Sequence record: PV660448 | Source: Escherichia phage LF82-4 | DNA length: 64,000 nt | Strand: one strand, 5' to 3' | Shown here: positions 40,507 through 52,314 of the stretch, in pieces | How positions within the stretch are numbered: position 1 is the first letter of the stretch | Layout: each line of letters starts with the position of its first letter | Made by a program: the position numbers and the translations under genes | Notes under the pieces: model-generated | Seen by the model: only the letters and a program-made list of their open reading frames with translations | The model's database searches: none | Told to the model about the DNA's origin: nothing

Positions 40507-40994
40507 GTTTTAATAATCTCAATGATTTCATCTCGGGATAATCCATTGATAAGAACGGTTTTCAAACCATCACACTGGATTTTGTACGATTCAAACAATA
40601 CACACAACTCTTCTGCTGTATGATATGGACTTGAGATTCCGAGGCGGTTGAATTTGTCGGTAAGAGGGTCGCAAATAATGTAGAATTTTATGCCTGCGAT
40701 ATGTACGTTTGGTTGACTAATATTAATGAACACATTAGCGTCATATTTAGTCAAATTGTTTTGAAGAAATTCTACCATAGCATTAACTGCTTCCGGCATC
40801 GCTTCACGTTTCTCTTCGGTGTAACGTGTTGAATATTCCTTTTGCTTTAACTTCTTTTTAGCATTTTTCGCTAGAGTAGTACGAAGGTCCGTAAGATAAC
40901 CAACTGCACGGCCTTTCTTAAAGACCCGGATTCCATCTGTAGAATCACCAAATGCTGCCACAACCATATCGTTAGTAATCAATTGCATATTCAT
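40494..40994 (-). CDS. alc: Alc-like host transcription terminator
   Basis: Internal ATG with SD GAGGAG gives 166 aa; T4 alc position between rnlA and pseT region. Confidence 0.65.
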   Translation of the reverse strand: MNMQLITNDMVVAAFGDSTDGIRVFKKGRAVGYLTDLRTTLAKNAKKKLKQKEYSTRYTEEKREAMPEAVNAMVEFLQNNLTKYDANVFINISQPNVHIAGIKFYIICDPLTDKFNRLGISSPYHTAEELCVLFESYKIQCDGLKTVLINGLSRDEIIEIIKTCLK

Positions 40995-41021
40995 AATTTT
41001 CTCCTCGTGTTGTTGATAAAA

Positions 41022-41055
41022 ACCATAGTAACACCATCCTTGGTGTTTGTAAACC
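41022..41055 (-). promoter_or_regulatory. T4 early-promoter-like element (alc)
   Basis: GTTTAC immediately after rnlA stop, -10 TTACTATGG, SD GAGGAG before alc ATG. Confidence 0.5.
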
Positions 41056-41056
41056 A

Positions 41057-42190
<1,134 letters not shown>

Positions 42191-42236
42191 TCAGTTAGTT
42201 TTTTTAAATTGTACCACAATCCTTGTGGTATGTAAA

Positions 42237-42647
42237 CTACTTTTTCTTATGTTGGATATTCCAAGGCGGGTTGAACTTTTTGATAAAAAGTGGTTCTTCA
42301 AGGTCCATTGTTGCAATGGTCATTGAACCAAGTTCGTTAGTGACTGAAAGGTCAAAACATTGGCGGGCCCAGAATTCAACCTTTTTGCCTTGCATTAAGG
42401 CATCCAAAATCATAAGTGATTTTCTTGAATCTGAAGTCTGGTCTTTTCGATTTATGGCTGTTCGATAATAGTTAATGCGTTTCTTTAAATTCTTGGTTTT
42501 ACCAATATACACAAGTTCGTCATCTATAGCAATAGCGTATATGACATTTTTCTTATTAGGGGCATCAATGGTTTTAATTGTTGCATCTTCTAATAGCTCC
42601 AATTCTATATATTTAATAAAGGAATATTCGGCGGCAATATCTTTCAT
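42237..42647 (-). CDS. denA: Endonuclease II (GIY-YIG-like)
   Basis: 136 aa (T4 DenA length); VIYAIAIDDELVYIGKT. Confidence 0.9.
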   Translation of the reverse strand: MKDIAAEYSFIKYIELELLEDATIKTIDAPNKKNVIYAIAIDDELVYIGKTKNLKKRINYYRTAINRKDQTSDSRKSLMILDALMQGKKVEFWARQCFDLSVTNELGSMTIATMDLEEPLFIKKFNPPWNIQHKKK

Positions 42648-42673
42648 AATAAAGTGGGACCGAAGTCCCGTCC

Positions 42674-43852
42674 TTAGAAATATTTTTTGTATGAATTGAT
42701 TACATTTTGGTCTACATCATTATCAATTTGTGCAACAAGATAAGAACTGATTTCAACTTCCTGAGGAGCTGCTTGAACTAAATCAGAGTTCAGATATTCA
42801 CGAATCCAAGGATACGGATGCTTGGTCGGAGCGTCAGTGATTGGGCATGGCAAACCGCACTGTTTCATACGAGACACAGACAAGTAATCAACAAAAGCAC
42901 ACATACTCTGCGTATTGATACCTGGACATGTACCATCTTTAAAAAGGTGTGCAGCCCATTCCTTCTCTTGACTATTTACTTCCATAAAAATGTCAACTGC
43001 TTCTTGTTCACATTCTTTAGCAATTTGAACCCACTCATCACCGTCAGTACCAGATTGAAGTTGACGGATAATGTACTGAGTACCCTTGAGATGGAGTTGT
43101 TCGTCACGAGCAATGAACTTCATAATCTTTGCATTGCCTTCCATAATTTCCATATTTTTATGGAAGTTGAAAGTACATGCAAATGATACGTAAAAACGAA
43201 TAGCTTCTAAGGCGTTGATAACATGCAAACAGAGATAAAGAGACTTCATTAGGTCATGTTTACATTCTTCCATGTGCATAAGACTATTTGAATATGCATC
43301 TAAATCATATTCATTTTCGGAAAAACATTTAAAAATTTCTTTAGCATTTTCCCATTCACGTGTTTTAACTAGAACATCATCATAATATTTGCCGATTGAT
43401 TCCGCACGTTTCATAATTGCTTCATCTAATACAATCTCATCAAATACCTTCGATGGATCAGTATAAAGATTTCGCATGATATGAGTATATGAACGAGAGT
43501 GAATGGTTTCACTGAATGTCCATGTAGCAACCCATGTATCTAATGAAGGGTCAGAAATCAGTGCCATAAGTACCGCAGATGGGGCCCTGCCTTGGATAGA
43601 ATCTAATAACGATTGATACTTAAGATTGTTTGTAAAGATATCCTGTTGAAACTGAGGAAGCTTATTGAACTGCGCAGAGTCCAACATCAAGTTTACCTCT
43701 TCCGGGCGCCAAAAAAACGACAATTGCTTTTCAATAAGCTCTTCAAAAACTTTATGGCGTTGAATATCGTAACGCGCAAGGCCAAGACCGGAACCAAAGA
43801 ACATTGGTTCATTCAAAACATCAACTTTTTGGGTATTAAAAACTGTACTCAT
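42674..43852 (-). CDS. nrdB: Ribonucleotide reductase small subunit, uninterrupted
   Basis: 392-aa continuous ORF with ferritin-like diiron protein features; no intron. Confidence 0.95.
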   Translation of the reverse strand: MSTVFNTQKVDVLNEPMFFGSGLGLARYDIQRHKVFEELIEKQLSFFWRPEEVNLMLDSAQFNKLPQFQQDIFTNNLKYQSLLDSIQGRAPSAVLMALISDPSLDTWVATWTFSETIHSRSYTHIMRNLYTDPSKVFDEIVLDEAIMKRAESIGKYYDDVLVKTREWENAKEIFKCFSENEYDLDAYSNSLMHMEECKHDLMKSLYLCLHVINALEAIRFYVSFACTFNFHKNMEIMEGNAKIMKFIARDEQLHLKGTQYIIRQLQSGTDGDEWVQIAKECEQEAVDIFMEVNSQEKEWAAHLFKDGTCPGINTQSMCAFVDYLSVSRMKQCGLPCPITDAPTKHPYPWIREYLNSDLVQAAPQEVEISSYLVAQIDNDVDQNVINSYKKYF

Positions 43853-43902
43853 TATATTCTCTCAATAGTGACTCATCCATGAGTCAATTATAAACAAAAT
43901 TC

Positions 43903-46158
43903 TTAAAGCTTACAAGCGGAGCAATCTTCAGCTTTAGGCGTTTCTAACTCATAGTCATCTGTACCAGAACCATCTCGAGTGTTATGATAGTAAAGGTTCT
44001 TACCACCAAAGTACCAGAAGTAAAGCAAGTCATCAAGCATTACAGACATTGGCACTTTGCCTTTCTCAAAGACTGAAGGGTCGTAGTATGTATTAGCAGA
44101 AGCAGATTGGCACACCCATTTTAACATGATAACAACTTGTGTCAGATAAGGCTTATTACCTTTCTTAGAGAGTTTCCACGCATAGTCATAAAGACCCATG
44201 TTGTGTTCAATATTAGGAACTACTTGACGGAAATTACCTTCTTTAGATTCTTTAATACTTACTGGGCCACGAGGTGGTTCAATACCATTTGTGCTATTTG
44301 AGACCTGGCTGCTTGATTCGCATGGCATGAGAGCACTGAGTGTACTGTTACGAATCCCGTGTTCTTTAAGTTCGGCTCGTAGTTCTTCCCAATCACATAC
44401 ATAGTTTGGGGCTGCGATTTGGTCAATCTTTTTATTGTACCAGTCGATAGGTAATTCGCCTCGAGACCATTTAGTGTCTGAATAATACTCGCAAGGTCCT
44501 TTTTCTTTGGCGAGTTTGATTGAAGCTTTGATAAGGCCATATTGCAATCTCTCAAACAATTCATGAGTCAAATCGTTAGCGTCTTCATATGAAGCAAAGT
44601 TAGAAGCTAACCATGCAGCATAGTTCGTCACACCAACACCGAGATTTCGACGCTTTTTGGCTTTTAAAGCTTCTGGAACCGGATAGTCTTGATAGTCTAA
44701 CAGGTTATCAAGTGCACGTACTTGTACTTCAGCAAGTTCATTAATTTTATCTTGGTCTTGCCAATCAAATTTATCTAATACAAAAGCAGATAACGTGCAT
44801 AAACCAATTTCAGCATCAGGGCCATTCACATCATTAGTTGGAATAGCGATTTCACAACATAAGTTACTCTGACGAATTGGAGCTTTTTCACGAATAAATG
44901 GAGTGTAGTTATTCGTGTTATCAACAAACTGTGGATAAATTCGAGCAGTACCAGAACGTTCAGTCATGAACAATTCAAAGAGTTCTAGTGCTTTGATTCT
45001 TTTCTTTCTGATTGTTGGGTCTTTTTCAGCTTTCTCATAAAGCTCACGGAATTTATCTTGATCTTCAAAGAACGAGTAATATAGTTCGCCTGACATTTCG
45101 TGAGGGCTAAATAAAGTAATATAATCATTTTTGCCAAGGCGTTCCATCATGAGGTCATTAATCTGAATTCCATAGTCCATATGTCGAATACGGTTTTCAT
45201 CCACGCCTTTGTTATTTTTCAGAACTAATAGGTTCTCTACTTCTAAGTGCCACATCGGATAATACGCTGTAGCAGCACCACCACGAATACCACCTTGAGA
45301 ACAAGATTTTACTGCAGTTTGGAAATGTTTCCAGAATGGAATAACACCTGTATGTCGAACTTCACCCATACCAATCTTAGAACCTTCTGCACGAAGCATA
45401 CCAACGTTGATACCGATACCAGCTCGTTTAGAAATATATTCAATAATTGATGCTGAAGTTTTGTTAATAGATTTTAACGAATCACCGGCTTCAATAACTA
45501 CACAACTAGAGAACTGGCGAGTTGGAGTACGAGCACCTGCCATAATTGGGGTTGGCAATGAAACTTGATGAGTAGAAACGGCATCATAAAAACGAATAAT
45601 ATGTTTCAAACGGTCATGAGTTTCGTCTTGATGTAAGGCCATGCCAATAGCCATGATAGCAAACTGCGGAGTTTCATAAATCTTACCGGTTGTTTTATCT
45701 TTAACCAGGTATTTTTCTTTAAGCTGCATAGCACCAGCATAAGTCAAGTCAAAGTCTCGTTCATGTTTAATCTGTGAATCGAGATAAATGATTTCTTCTG
45801 CTGAATATTGAGACAACAGCTCAGGGTCGTATTTGCCTTCATTAACACAATAAGAAATATGGTCGATAAAAGCAGGCGGTTCAAACTGCCCATATACATC
45901 TTTACGAAGTGCAAACATTAATCCTTTAGCGGCAACATATTGATAGTCAGGTTCTTCGACAGAAATCAAGTTAGCTGCAACTTTAATACAAATCTTCTGG
46001 ATATCTTTGGTGCTCATCCCATCAACCAGATGAGTCTTAATTTCTTCATACAATTCGTATGGGTCGATTTGTGTTCCTTCACATTGCCAAGTTAAGACTT
46101 GAATAATTTTCTGTGCATCAAAATTTTGGGATACCCCACTGCTCTTAATTACTTGCAT
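43903..46158 (-). CDS. nrdA: Ribonucleotide reductase large subunit
   Basis: 751 aa; ATP-cone N-terminus; class Ia active-site motifs (NLCCEI). Confidence 0.97.
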   Translation of the reverse strand: MQVIKSSGVSQNFDAQKIIQVLTWQCEGTQIDPYELYEEIKTHLVDGMSTKDIQKICIKVAANLISVEEPDYQYVAAKGLMFALRKDVYGQFEPPAFIDHISYCVNEGKYDPELLSQYSAEEIIYLDSQIKHERDFDLTYAGAMQLKEKYLVKDKTTGKIYETPQFAIMAIGMALHQDETHDRLKHIIRFYDAVSTHQVSLPTPIMAGARTPTRQFSSCVVIEAGDSLKSINKTSASIIEYISKRAGIGINVGMLRAEGSKIGMGEVRHTGVIPFWKHFQTAVKSCSQGGIRGGAATAYYPMWHLEVENLLVLKNNKGVDENRIRHMDYGIQINDLMMERLGKNDYITLFSPHEMSGELYYSFFEDQDKFRELYEKAEKDPTIRKKRIKALELFELFMTERSGTARIYPQFVDNTNNYTPFIREKAPIRQSNLCCEIAIPTNDVNGPDAEIGLCTLSAFVLDKFDWQDQDKINELAEVQVRALDNLLDYQDYPVPEALKAKKRRNLGVGVTNYAAWLASNFASYEDANDLTHELFERLQYGLIKASIKLAKEKGPCEYYSDTKWSRGELPIDWYNKKIDQIAAPNYVCDWEELRAELKEHGIRNSTLSALMPCESSSQVSNSTNGIEPPRGPVSIKESKEGNFRQVVPNIEHNMGLYDYAWKLSKKGNKPYLTQVVIMLKWVCQSASANTYYDPSVFEKGKVPMSVMLDDLLYFWYFGGKNLYYHNTRDGSGTDDYELETPKAEDCSACKL

Positions 46159-46245
46159 ATATTCCTCAGTATAGGTTGATAGACATTACTCCAAACGGGA
46201 TAGTATTTATCCCGTTAATTTATTATACACTTTTAAACTGAAGCG

Positions 46246-46500
46246 TTAATTATCCTCAGCAATAATTTCTTCATATTCTTTAGGAGTTAAGACTGTAATA
46301 TCGAAATAAACCAGAGGCTCTTTTTCCATACCGAATCCACCACAGAATTCACGATATTCATAAATTCGTTCATGTGAATGGCAAATGAATCGTTCACCTT
46401 TAACTGTGATTTCACTATTCGGTGAAGGGATATCCAGTTCACTTGGATTTTTCATTTCAAAAATTGTGGTGCCATATGAATTAATAAAACGTAAAATCAT
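46246..46500 (-). CDS. Hypothetical protein (nrdA.1 position)
   Basis: Track ORF begins with GTG inside td exon 2; internal ATG at 46500 gives ~84 aa. Confidence 0.5.
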   Translation of the reverse strand: MILRFINSYGTTIFEMKNPSELDIPSPNSEITVKGERFICHSHERIYEYREFCGGFGMEKEPLVYFDITVLTPKEYEEIIAEDN

Positions 46501-46501
46501 T

Positions 46502-46813
46502 TTATACCGCCATTTTAGCTTTGATAGCTGGATGTGATTCGTAATTTTTAAGAATGAAATCACTCGGATTCATATGCTCTGTTACCCAATGAAGCTGTAA
46601 TGTCGTGCTCCAATCAGAGAATCCTTCAGGCCAATCAATTTTAAGTTCACACAGTTCTTTAGGCTCACGACGAAGAACTTCTTTGCATTGTTCTACATGA
46701 TTGCTGTAGATATGCGTGTTGCCGCCTGAGAACACTAAATCACCTGGGATAAGGTTACACATCTTCGCTACAATATGCGTCAAGGCAGCGTACGAGGCAA
46801 TGTTGAATGGTAG
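46502..46813 (-). CDS. td: Thymidylate synthase, exon 2
   Basis: Encodes LPFNIASYAAL...AIKAKMAV, the conserved C-terminal part of ThyA; continues exon 1 (…DVFLG). Confidence 0.93.
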   Translation of the reverse strand, partial: LPFNIASYAALTHIVAKMCNLIPGDLVFSGGNTHIYSNHVEQCKEVLRREPKELCELKIDWPEGFSDWSTTLQLHWVTEHMNPSDFILKNYESHPAIKAKMAV

Positions 46814-47830
46814 CATTATGTTCAGATAAGGTCGTTAATCTTATCCCGGAATTATATCCAGCTGCATGTCACCATGCAGAGCAGACTATATCTCCAACTT
46901 GTTAAAGCAAGTTGTCTATCGTTTCGAGTCACTTGACCCTACTCCCTAAAGGGATAGTCGTTAGGCATTTATGTAGAACCAATTCCACTTATCAGATTTT
47001 ACACGGTAAGTAACTAATCCTGATGAAATTTCAAAATGTCTAGCCGCATCGGCTGCACATTCAAAAATAATCCCGTCGCATGAAATCTTTTTGATGTTAG
47101 CTGGCTTTTTGCCTTTCATCTTTTCAGATAGTTTAGTTTTAGTTTTTTCTGAATGTTTGTGATTAAAGAACGGGTTATTTTCAGCTGAACGTTTTCGACA
47201 CTTTCCACAAGTGTTGGCTGAAGTTGGTATACGAACACCACATTTACAAAACTTGTGGTTTTCCGGATTCCATCTACCATTTTTACTTCCGTGTTTACCA
47301 TAAATAGCTTTTCGACCATCAGATCCAAGCTTAAGCATCTTAGCTTTAACAGTTTCAGCTCGTTTCTTAGCAATTTCTTCCTTTAATGGATGATTCGAAA
47401 ATGTATCACCAAAGGACGCATCGGCGATATTATATCCATTAATTTTAGAATTTAGCTCGTTAATCCAAAAATTTTCTCGTTCAATAATCAAATCTTTCTC
47501 ATATGGAATTTCTTCCAATATAGAGCATTCAAAAACATTACCGTGTTTATTAAAAGATCTTTGAAATTTTATAGAAGAGTGAACACCATTTTCAAGGTCT
47601 TTAAAATGTCTCTTCCATCTTTTCTCAAAATCTTTAGCACTTCCAACATACACTTTACCATTTAAAGTGTTTTTAATCTGATAAATTCCACTTTTCATAA
47701 ACACCTCTTTAAAATATAGAAGTATTTATTAAAGGGTGGTCCTACAATTTAGCACGGGATTGTCTACTAGAGAGGTTCCCCGTTTAGATAGATTACAAGT
47801 ATAAGTCACCTTATACCCAGGCCTAAATTA
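46814..47830 (-). mobile_element. Group I self-splicing intron in td (~1017 nt) carrying I-TevI
   Basis: Intron 5' end reads UAAUUUAGGCCUGGGUAUAAGGUGACUUAUACUUGUAAUCUAUCUAAACGGGGAACCUCUCUAGUAGACA (td-intron-like); exon reading frame resumes after AUG at 46814. Confidence 0.9.
46961..47698 (-). CDS. I-TevI: I-TevI GIY-YIG homing endonuclease (intron-encoded)
   Basis: 245 aa from the ATG with SD AGAGGTG; MKSGIYQIKNTLNGKVYVGS... GIY-YIG domain, zinc finger CKCGVRIPTSANTCGKC. Confidence 0.93.
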   Translation of the reverse strand: MKSGIYQIKNTLNGKVYVGSAKDFEKRWKRHFKDLENGVHSSIKFQRSFNKHGNVFECSILEEIPYEKDLIIERENFWINELNSKINGYNIADASFGDTFSNHPLKEEIAKKRAETVKAKMLKLGSDGRKAIYGKHGSKNGRWNPENHKFCKCGVRIPTSANTCGKCRKRSAENNPFFNHKHSEKTKTKLSEKMKGKKPANIKKISCDGIIFECAADAARHFEISSGLVTYRVKSDKWNWFYINA

Positions 47831-49201
<1,371 letters not shown>

Positions 49202-49203
49202 TT

Positions 49204-49395
49204 TTATTTCCTCAGATATTTTTTGACCATATAGTATTGGAATTCAAACATTCTTGAATCAATAACAAAAATTTGTTTTCTTGGGCATTCATTTAATCGT
49301 ACAGCTGAACACCCAAACGCAAGTTCATGATATTGTTTCTTTTCTATTTCTGAAAGGAAAGTTCTAAGATAACGGAAAAATAGACAGTTAATCAT
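49204..49395 (-). CDS. Hypothetical protein (frd-32 interval)
   Basis: 63-aa ORF. Confidence 0.5.
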   Translation of the reverse strand: MINCLFFRYLRTFLSEIEKKQYHELAFGCSAVRLNECPRKQIFVIDSRMFEFQYYMVKKYLRK

Positions 49396-49397
49396 AA

Positions 49398-49646
49398 TTA
49401 TTTCCTCAGATTTTTCTTAACAACTTTCCAATCGGCTTTAAACGATTCAACATCAGAATGGTGAATCCAGAATCCTGCGCTTTCACCATCTTCGTAGAGT
49501 GGACATCCATCACATTCTTCATTCCAACCCATTTCACGTAAAGATGTTTCAGCTTGTTCAAGGAGTTCAGCATCTTTATCAAGGATGTTGAAGTACCATT
49601 TGCCTTTAACTTCAGAGTCGTTAATGCTTTGGCGTTGTAATTTCAT
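49398..49646 (-). CDS. Hypothetical protein (frd-32 interval)
   Basis: 82-aa ORF with SD GGAGAA; promoter-embedded hairpin upstream. Confidence 0.55.
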   Translation of the reverse strand: MKLQRQSINDSEVKGKWYFNILDKDAELLEQAETSLREMGWNEECDGCPLYEDGESAGFWIHHSDVESFKADWKVVKKNLRK

Positions 49647-49675
49647 TTTATTCTCCGTTGCTTCATTTGTTTTGA

Positions 49676-49712
49676 CAGGGTAATAGTATCACACCATTAC
49701 CCTGTTGTATAC
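49676..49712 (-). promoter_or_regulatory. Early-promoter-like element with -10 inside a stem-loop (PeSL-like)
   Basis: 9-bp inverted repeat CAGGGTAAT/ATTACCCTG (49676-49704) enclosing AGTATCACACC; -35-like GTATAC adjacent. Confidence 0.45.
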
Positions 49713-50074
49713 TATTTTATTCCAAAAATTTCTTTAATTTCTGCAATCACATCTCGAGCATTTTCTGTAGTCACTTCAAAGATGAGTGATTGTTTAGAAA
49801 TAGACTCTGGAGATACCTCGATGAAGTGTTTAAACTCATCATCATAAAGCTCAAAATATGAACCTGGCTTACCATCAAAACCGAATTCAGTACCGTCTCG
49901 CATAGTTACACGGGTTACACATTTATCATCATCATAATCTGTGTTCATGTCTTTTACAACAAAACTAGGACCATGAAGCTCAATCAAAGCCAGCATATCG
50001 GCGTTTTGTGGGCATTCATTGGCGAAGATAGCTTTACATTCTGGATTGATGATATAAGTTTTTCCAATTTTCAT
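49712..50074 (-). CDS. Hypothetical protein, paralog A of a tandem pair
   Basis: 120 aa; N-terminal ~90 aa clearly similar to the adjacent 128-aa ORF (IINP...FANEC...HGPSFVV...RVTM.DGTE). Confidence 0.6.
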   Translation of the reverse strand: MKIGKTYIINPECKAIFANECPQNADMLALIELHGPSFVVKDMNTDYDDDKCVTRVTMRDGTEFGFDGKPGSYFELYDDEFKHFIEVSPESISKQSLIFEVTTENARDVIAEIKEIFGIK

Positions 50075-50135
50075 TTTGATTTCCTCTCATTTGTTTTGAT
50101 AGGACTACTATAACATAGCCCTATCTGATTGTACA

Positions 50136-50522
50136 CTACTTTTTAAAAGTTTTTTGCAAAAGTTTGATGATTTCGTCGACGTTGGTTTCATCTACGATAC
50201 AATGGATTTTTGTTACACCTAAAGTTATACCTTCGTTAGTAGATTGAGGCTTTTCTAAAGTTACCTCAGTAAAGTATTTGAATTCTTCAGAGTAAATCTC
50301 AAAATACGTCTCAAGTGGGCCACCAGCCATGTATTCAGTGCCGTCTTCCATAGTTACACGTACCACACAGTCACCAGCACAATCATCACTTTCCATTTCA
50401 TCTACAACAAAACTAGGTCCGTGCTTCTCTATTAAATTTAGCATCATTACATTGCAACGGCACTCGTTAGCAAAGTCATCTTTAAATAAAGGGTTAATGA
50501 TATAAGATTTTCCGATTTCCAT
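50136..50522 (-). CDS. Hypothetical protein, paralog B of a tandem pair
   Basis: 128 aa; SD GAGGA; own early-promoter-like element upstream. Confidence 0.6.
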   Translation of the reverse strand: MEIGKSYIINPLFKDDFANECRCNVMMLNLIEKHGPSFVVDEMESDDCAGDCVVRVTMEDGTEYMAGGPLETYFEIYSEEFKYFTEVTLEKPQSTNEGITLGVTKIHCIVDETNVDEIIKLLQKTFKK

Positions 50523-50547
50523 TTTGATTTCCTCATGTTGTTGATAG

Positions 50548-50581
50548 GTTTATACTAACACATTCAGGGAAGAAGTAAACA
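50548..50581 (-). promoter_or_regulatory. T4 early-promoter-like element
   Basis: GTTTAC...TGTTAGTATAAA cassette then SD GAGGA upstream of the 128-aa ORF. Confidence 0.5.
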
Positions 50582-50611
50582 ACTTTTTCAGCAATTTACA
50601 GATACTCAAAA

Positions 50612-50629
50612 GGGAGACCGAAGTCTCCC
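50612..50629 (-). terminator. Terminator downstream of gene 32
   Basis: GGGAGAC-UUCG-GUCUCCC followed by UUUUGAG, 6 nt after gene 32 stop. Confidence 0.7.
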
Positions 50630-50635
50630 AATTTA

Positions 50636-51535
50636 TTATAGACCAGCTAACAGGTCATCGAGGTCGCCATCGTCAGAAGACGAGGAACTCATGAAGTCAT
50701 CTTCAGTTTTTGCAGAACCAAAGGCTTCCATGTCTTTATCAAAATCGTCGAGGTCAGAAGCAACTTTATCTGCAACAGAAGCTGCTGCGGCTGCTGCACC
50801 ACCGAGAGCGGCAGTACCAAGAACCTTAGCGAAAGATTCATTTAATTTTTCAAAGGACTTGAACTGGTCTTTAGCCGTCAAAGTAGTAAGGTCTACCATC
50901 TGGTCATATAGTTCTTTCTGGAATGCTTCGTCATTAATACGAGGAATTTCAGATTGTCCCAAGAATTTAGATTCGTCATAGTTGCTAAAACCAGAAACCT
51001 GCTTAGCTTTCAGAACGAAGTTGGCACCTTCAAACGGGCAAGTAACATCAACCGGAGTTTCACCCATTTCGGTATCAACTGCAATCATTGCATTGATTTT
51101 GTCCCAAATCTTTTTACCGAAACGATATTTAAATACTTTACCTTCATTATCTGGAGCTTGAGGGTCTTTAACAACCAGAATATTAGCCCAATAAGAAGTT
51201 TTACGTTTCAGTTGAGAATATTCAGTTTTGTTGGTATTGTACAGGTCATTTTTACTAATGTACTGACATACAGGACAAGAGTCGTAATCACCATGTGTAG
51301 AAGAGCAATTTTCAATATACCATTTACCATTTTTCTTGAAACCGTGGTTAACAAGAATTGCAAATGGTAGTGCGTCATCAGTTTTTGCTGGCAGGAAACG
51401 AATTACCGCTTGACCATTACCTGATGCATCTAGCTTCAGCTTCCATTCGCCTTTATCTTCTGAAGAGAAACCTTTGTTACCGTTCAGTTTAGCCATTTGA
51501 GCAGCGAGGTCAGCAGTAGATTTACGTTTAAACAT
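50636..51535 (-). CDS. 32: Single-stranded DNA-binding protein gp32
   Basis: 299 aa; zinc-site Cys/His in [14 protein letters not shown]; acidic Ser/Asp-rich C-tail; leader operator upstream. Confidence 0.97.
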   Translation of the reverse strand: MFKRKSTADLAAQMAKLNGNKGFSSEDKGEWKLKLDASGNGQAVIRFLPAKTDDALPFAILVNHGFKKNGKWYIENCSSTHGDYDSCPVCQYISKNDLYNTNKTEYSQLKRKTSYWANILVVKDPQAPDNEGKVFKYRFGKKIWDKINAMIAVDTEMGETPVDVTCPFEGANFVLKAKQVSGFSNYDESKFLGQSEIPRINDEAFQKELYDQMVDLTTLTAKDQFKSFEKLNESFAKVLGTAALGGAAAAAASVADKVASDLDDFDKDMEAFGSAKTEDDFMSSSSSDDGDLDDLLAGL

Positions 51536-51600
51536 TATATTTACCTTTATTTAGATTATTTAGATTATTTAATTTATTTACAGTTGGTTGCTACGACACT
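51536..51600 (-). promoter_or_regulatory. Gene 32 translational operator (autoregulatory leader)
   Basis: mRNA leader ...CUGUAAAUAAAUUAAAUAAUCUAAAUAAUCUAAAUAAAGGUAAAUAUAAUG: reiterated (U)AAAU(A) elements before SD, as in T4 gene 32. Confidence 0.6.
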
Positions 51601-51623
51601 TATACCTCGTAGCTGGTATGATT

Positions 51624-51631
51624 TATTTATA
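51624..51631 (-). promoter_or_regulatory. Late promoter TATAAATA (minus sense) upstream of gene 32
   Basis: Plus-strand TATTTATA ~90 nt upstream of gene 32 start. Confidence 0.6.
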
Positions 51632-51660
51632 AAGTAATTTTAACACACAAGAAATAAAGC

Positions 51661-52314
51661 TTAATACTTACATGATTTGATTGTTTCTATGAACAATTTC
51701 TTAGCAGCATTTCCATCGATTTGAAGTATTTTTCGATATGCCTTTAATTTGGTAGAATAATTTTGCCAGACTAAATTGTCAGTAAGTTCGTCATGCTTAT
51801 CTATAATATTCAAGAATGAATCCAACAACAAGAAGGTTTCAAATGAAATTATATTGCTTTGTAGCAATTTAAATATGTAGCTCGACTGAACTTTATTATT
51901 ATAATCAAATATCTCTTGAAGCGCACTAACTTCCACTTTCTTGCTGAAATAGTAGATGTTACGTACATCTTCAGCAAACGTCTCCTTGGCTTGTTTGAGA
52001 CGTCCAATATATTCCCTATAGAAAACTAATGCATCAGCGTCTGATATCTCACCAATCCACGCATCTTGGTTAGCAACTAAGTTACTGATGAATATCAAGG
52101 TGAGTTCCTTTAACTTATATTTCTCTGCTAGTTTCTCAAAGAAATATTTATCTCGGCGTTTTTGATACGCATTATCCGAAACACGCATGCACCAGTTATA
52201 TTTGATTACGTCATACCGACCACCAAAATGGTTTTTGCACATCAAGTATAGTTTGTATACCGATTTTCCATTAATATAACGTTCTCCATCAGGAGGCATA
52301 CGTATTTTAATCAT
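51661..52314 (-). CDS. 59: Helicase loader gp59
   Basis: 217 aa (T4 gp59 length). Confidence 0.93.
   Translation of the reverse strand: MIKIRMPPDGERYINGKSVYKLYLMCKNHFGGRYDVIKYNWCMRVSDNAYQKRRDKYFFEKLAEKYKLKELTLIFISNLVANQDAWIGEISDADALVFYREYIGRLKQAKETFAEDVRNIYYFSKKVEVSALQEIFDYNNKVQSSYIFKLLQSNIISFETFLLLDSFLNIIDKHDELTDNLVWQNYSTKLKAYRKILQIDGNAAKKLFIETIKSCKY

Noticed and set aside
42818-43186. 122-aa plus-strand ORF
   Set aside because: Lies antisense inside nrdB; no SD or promoter; a shadow ORF.
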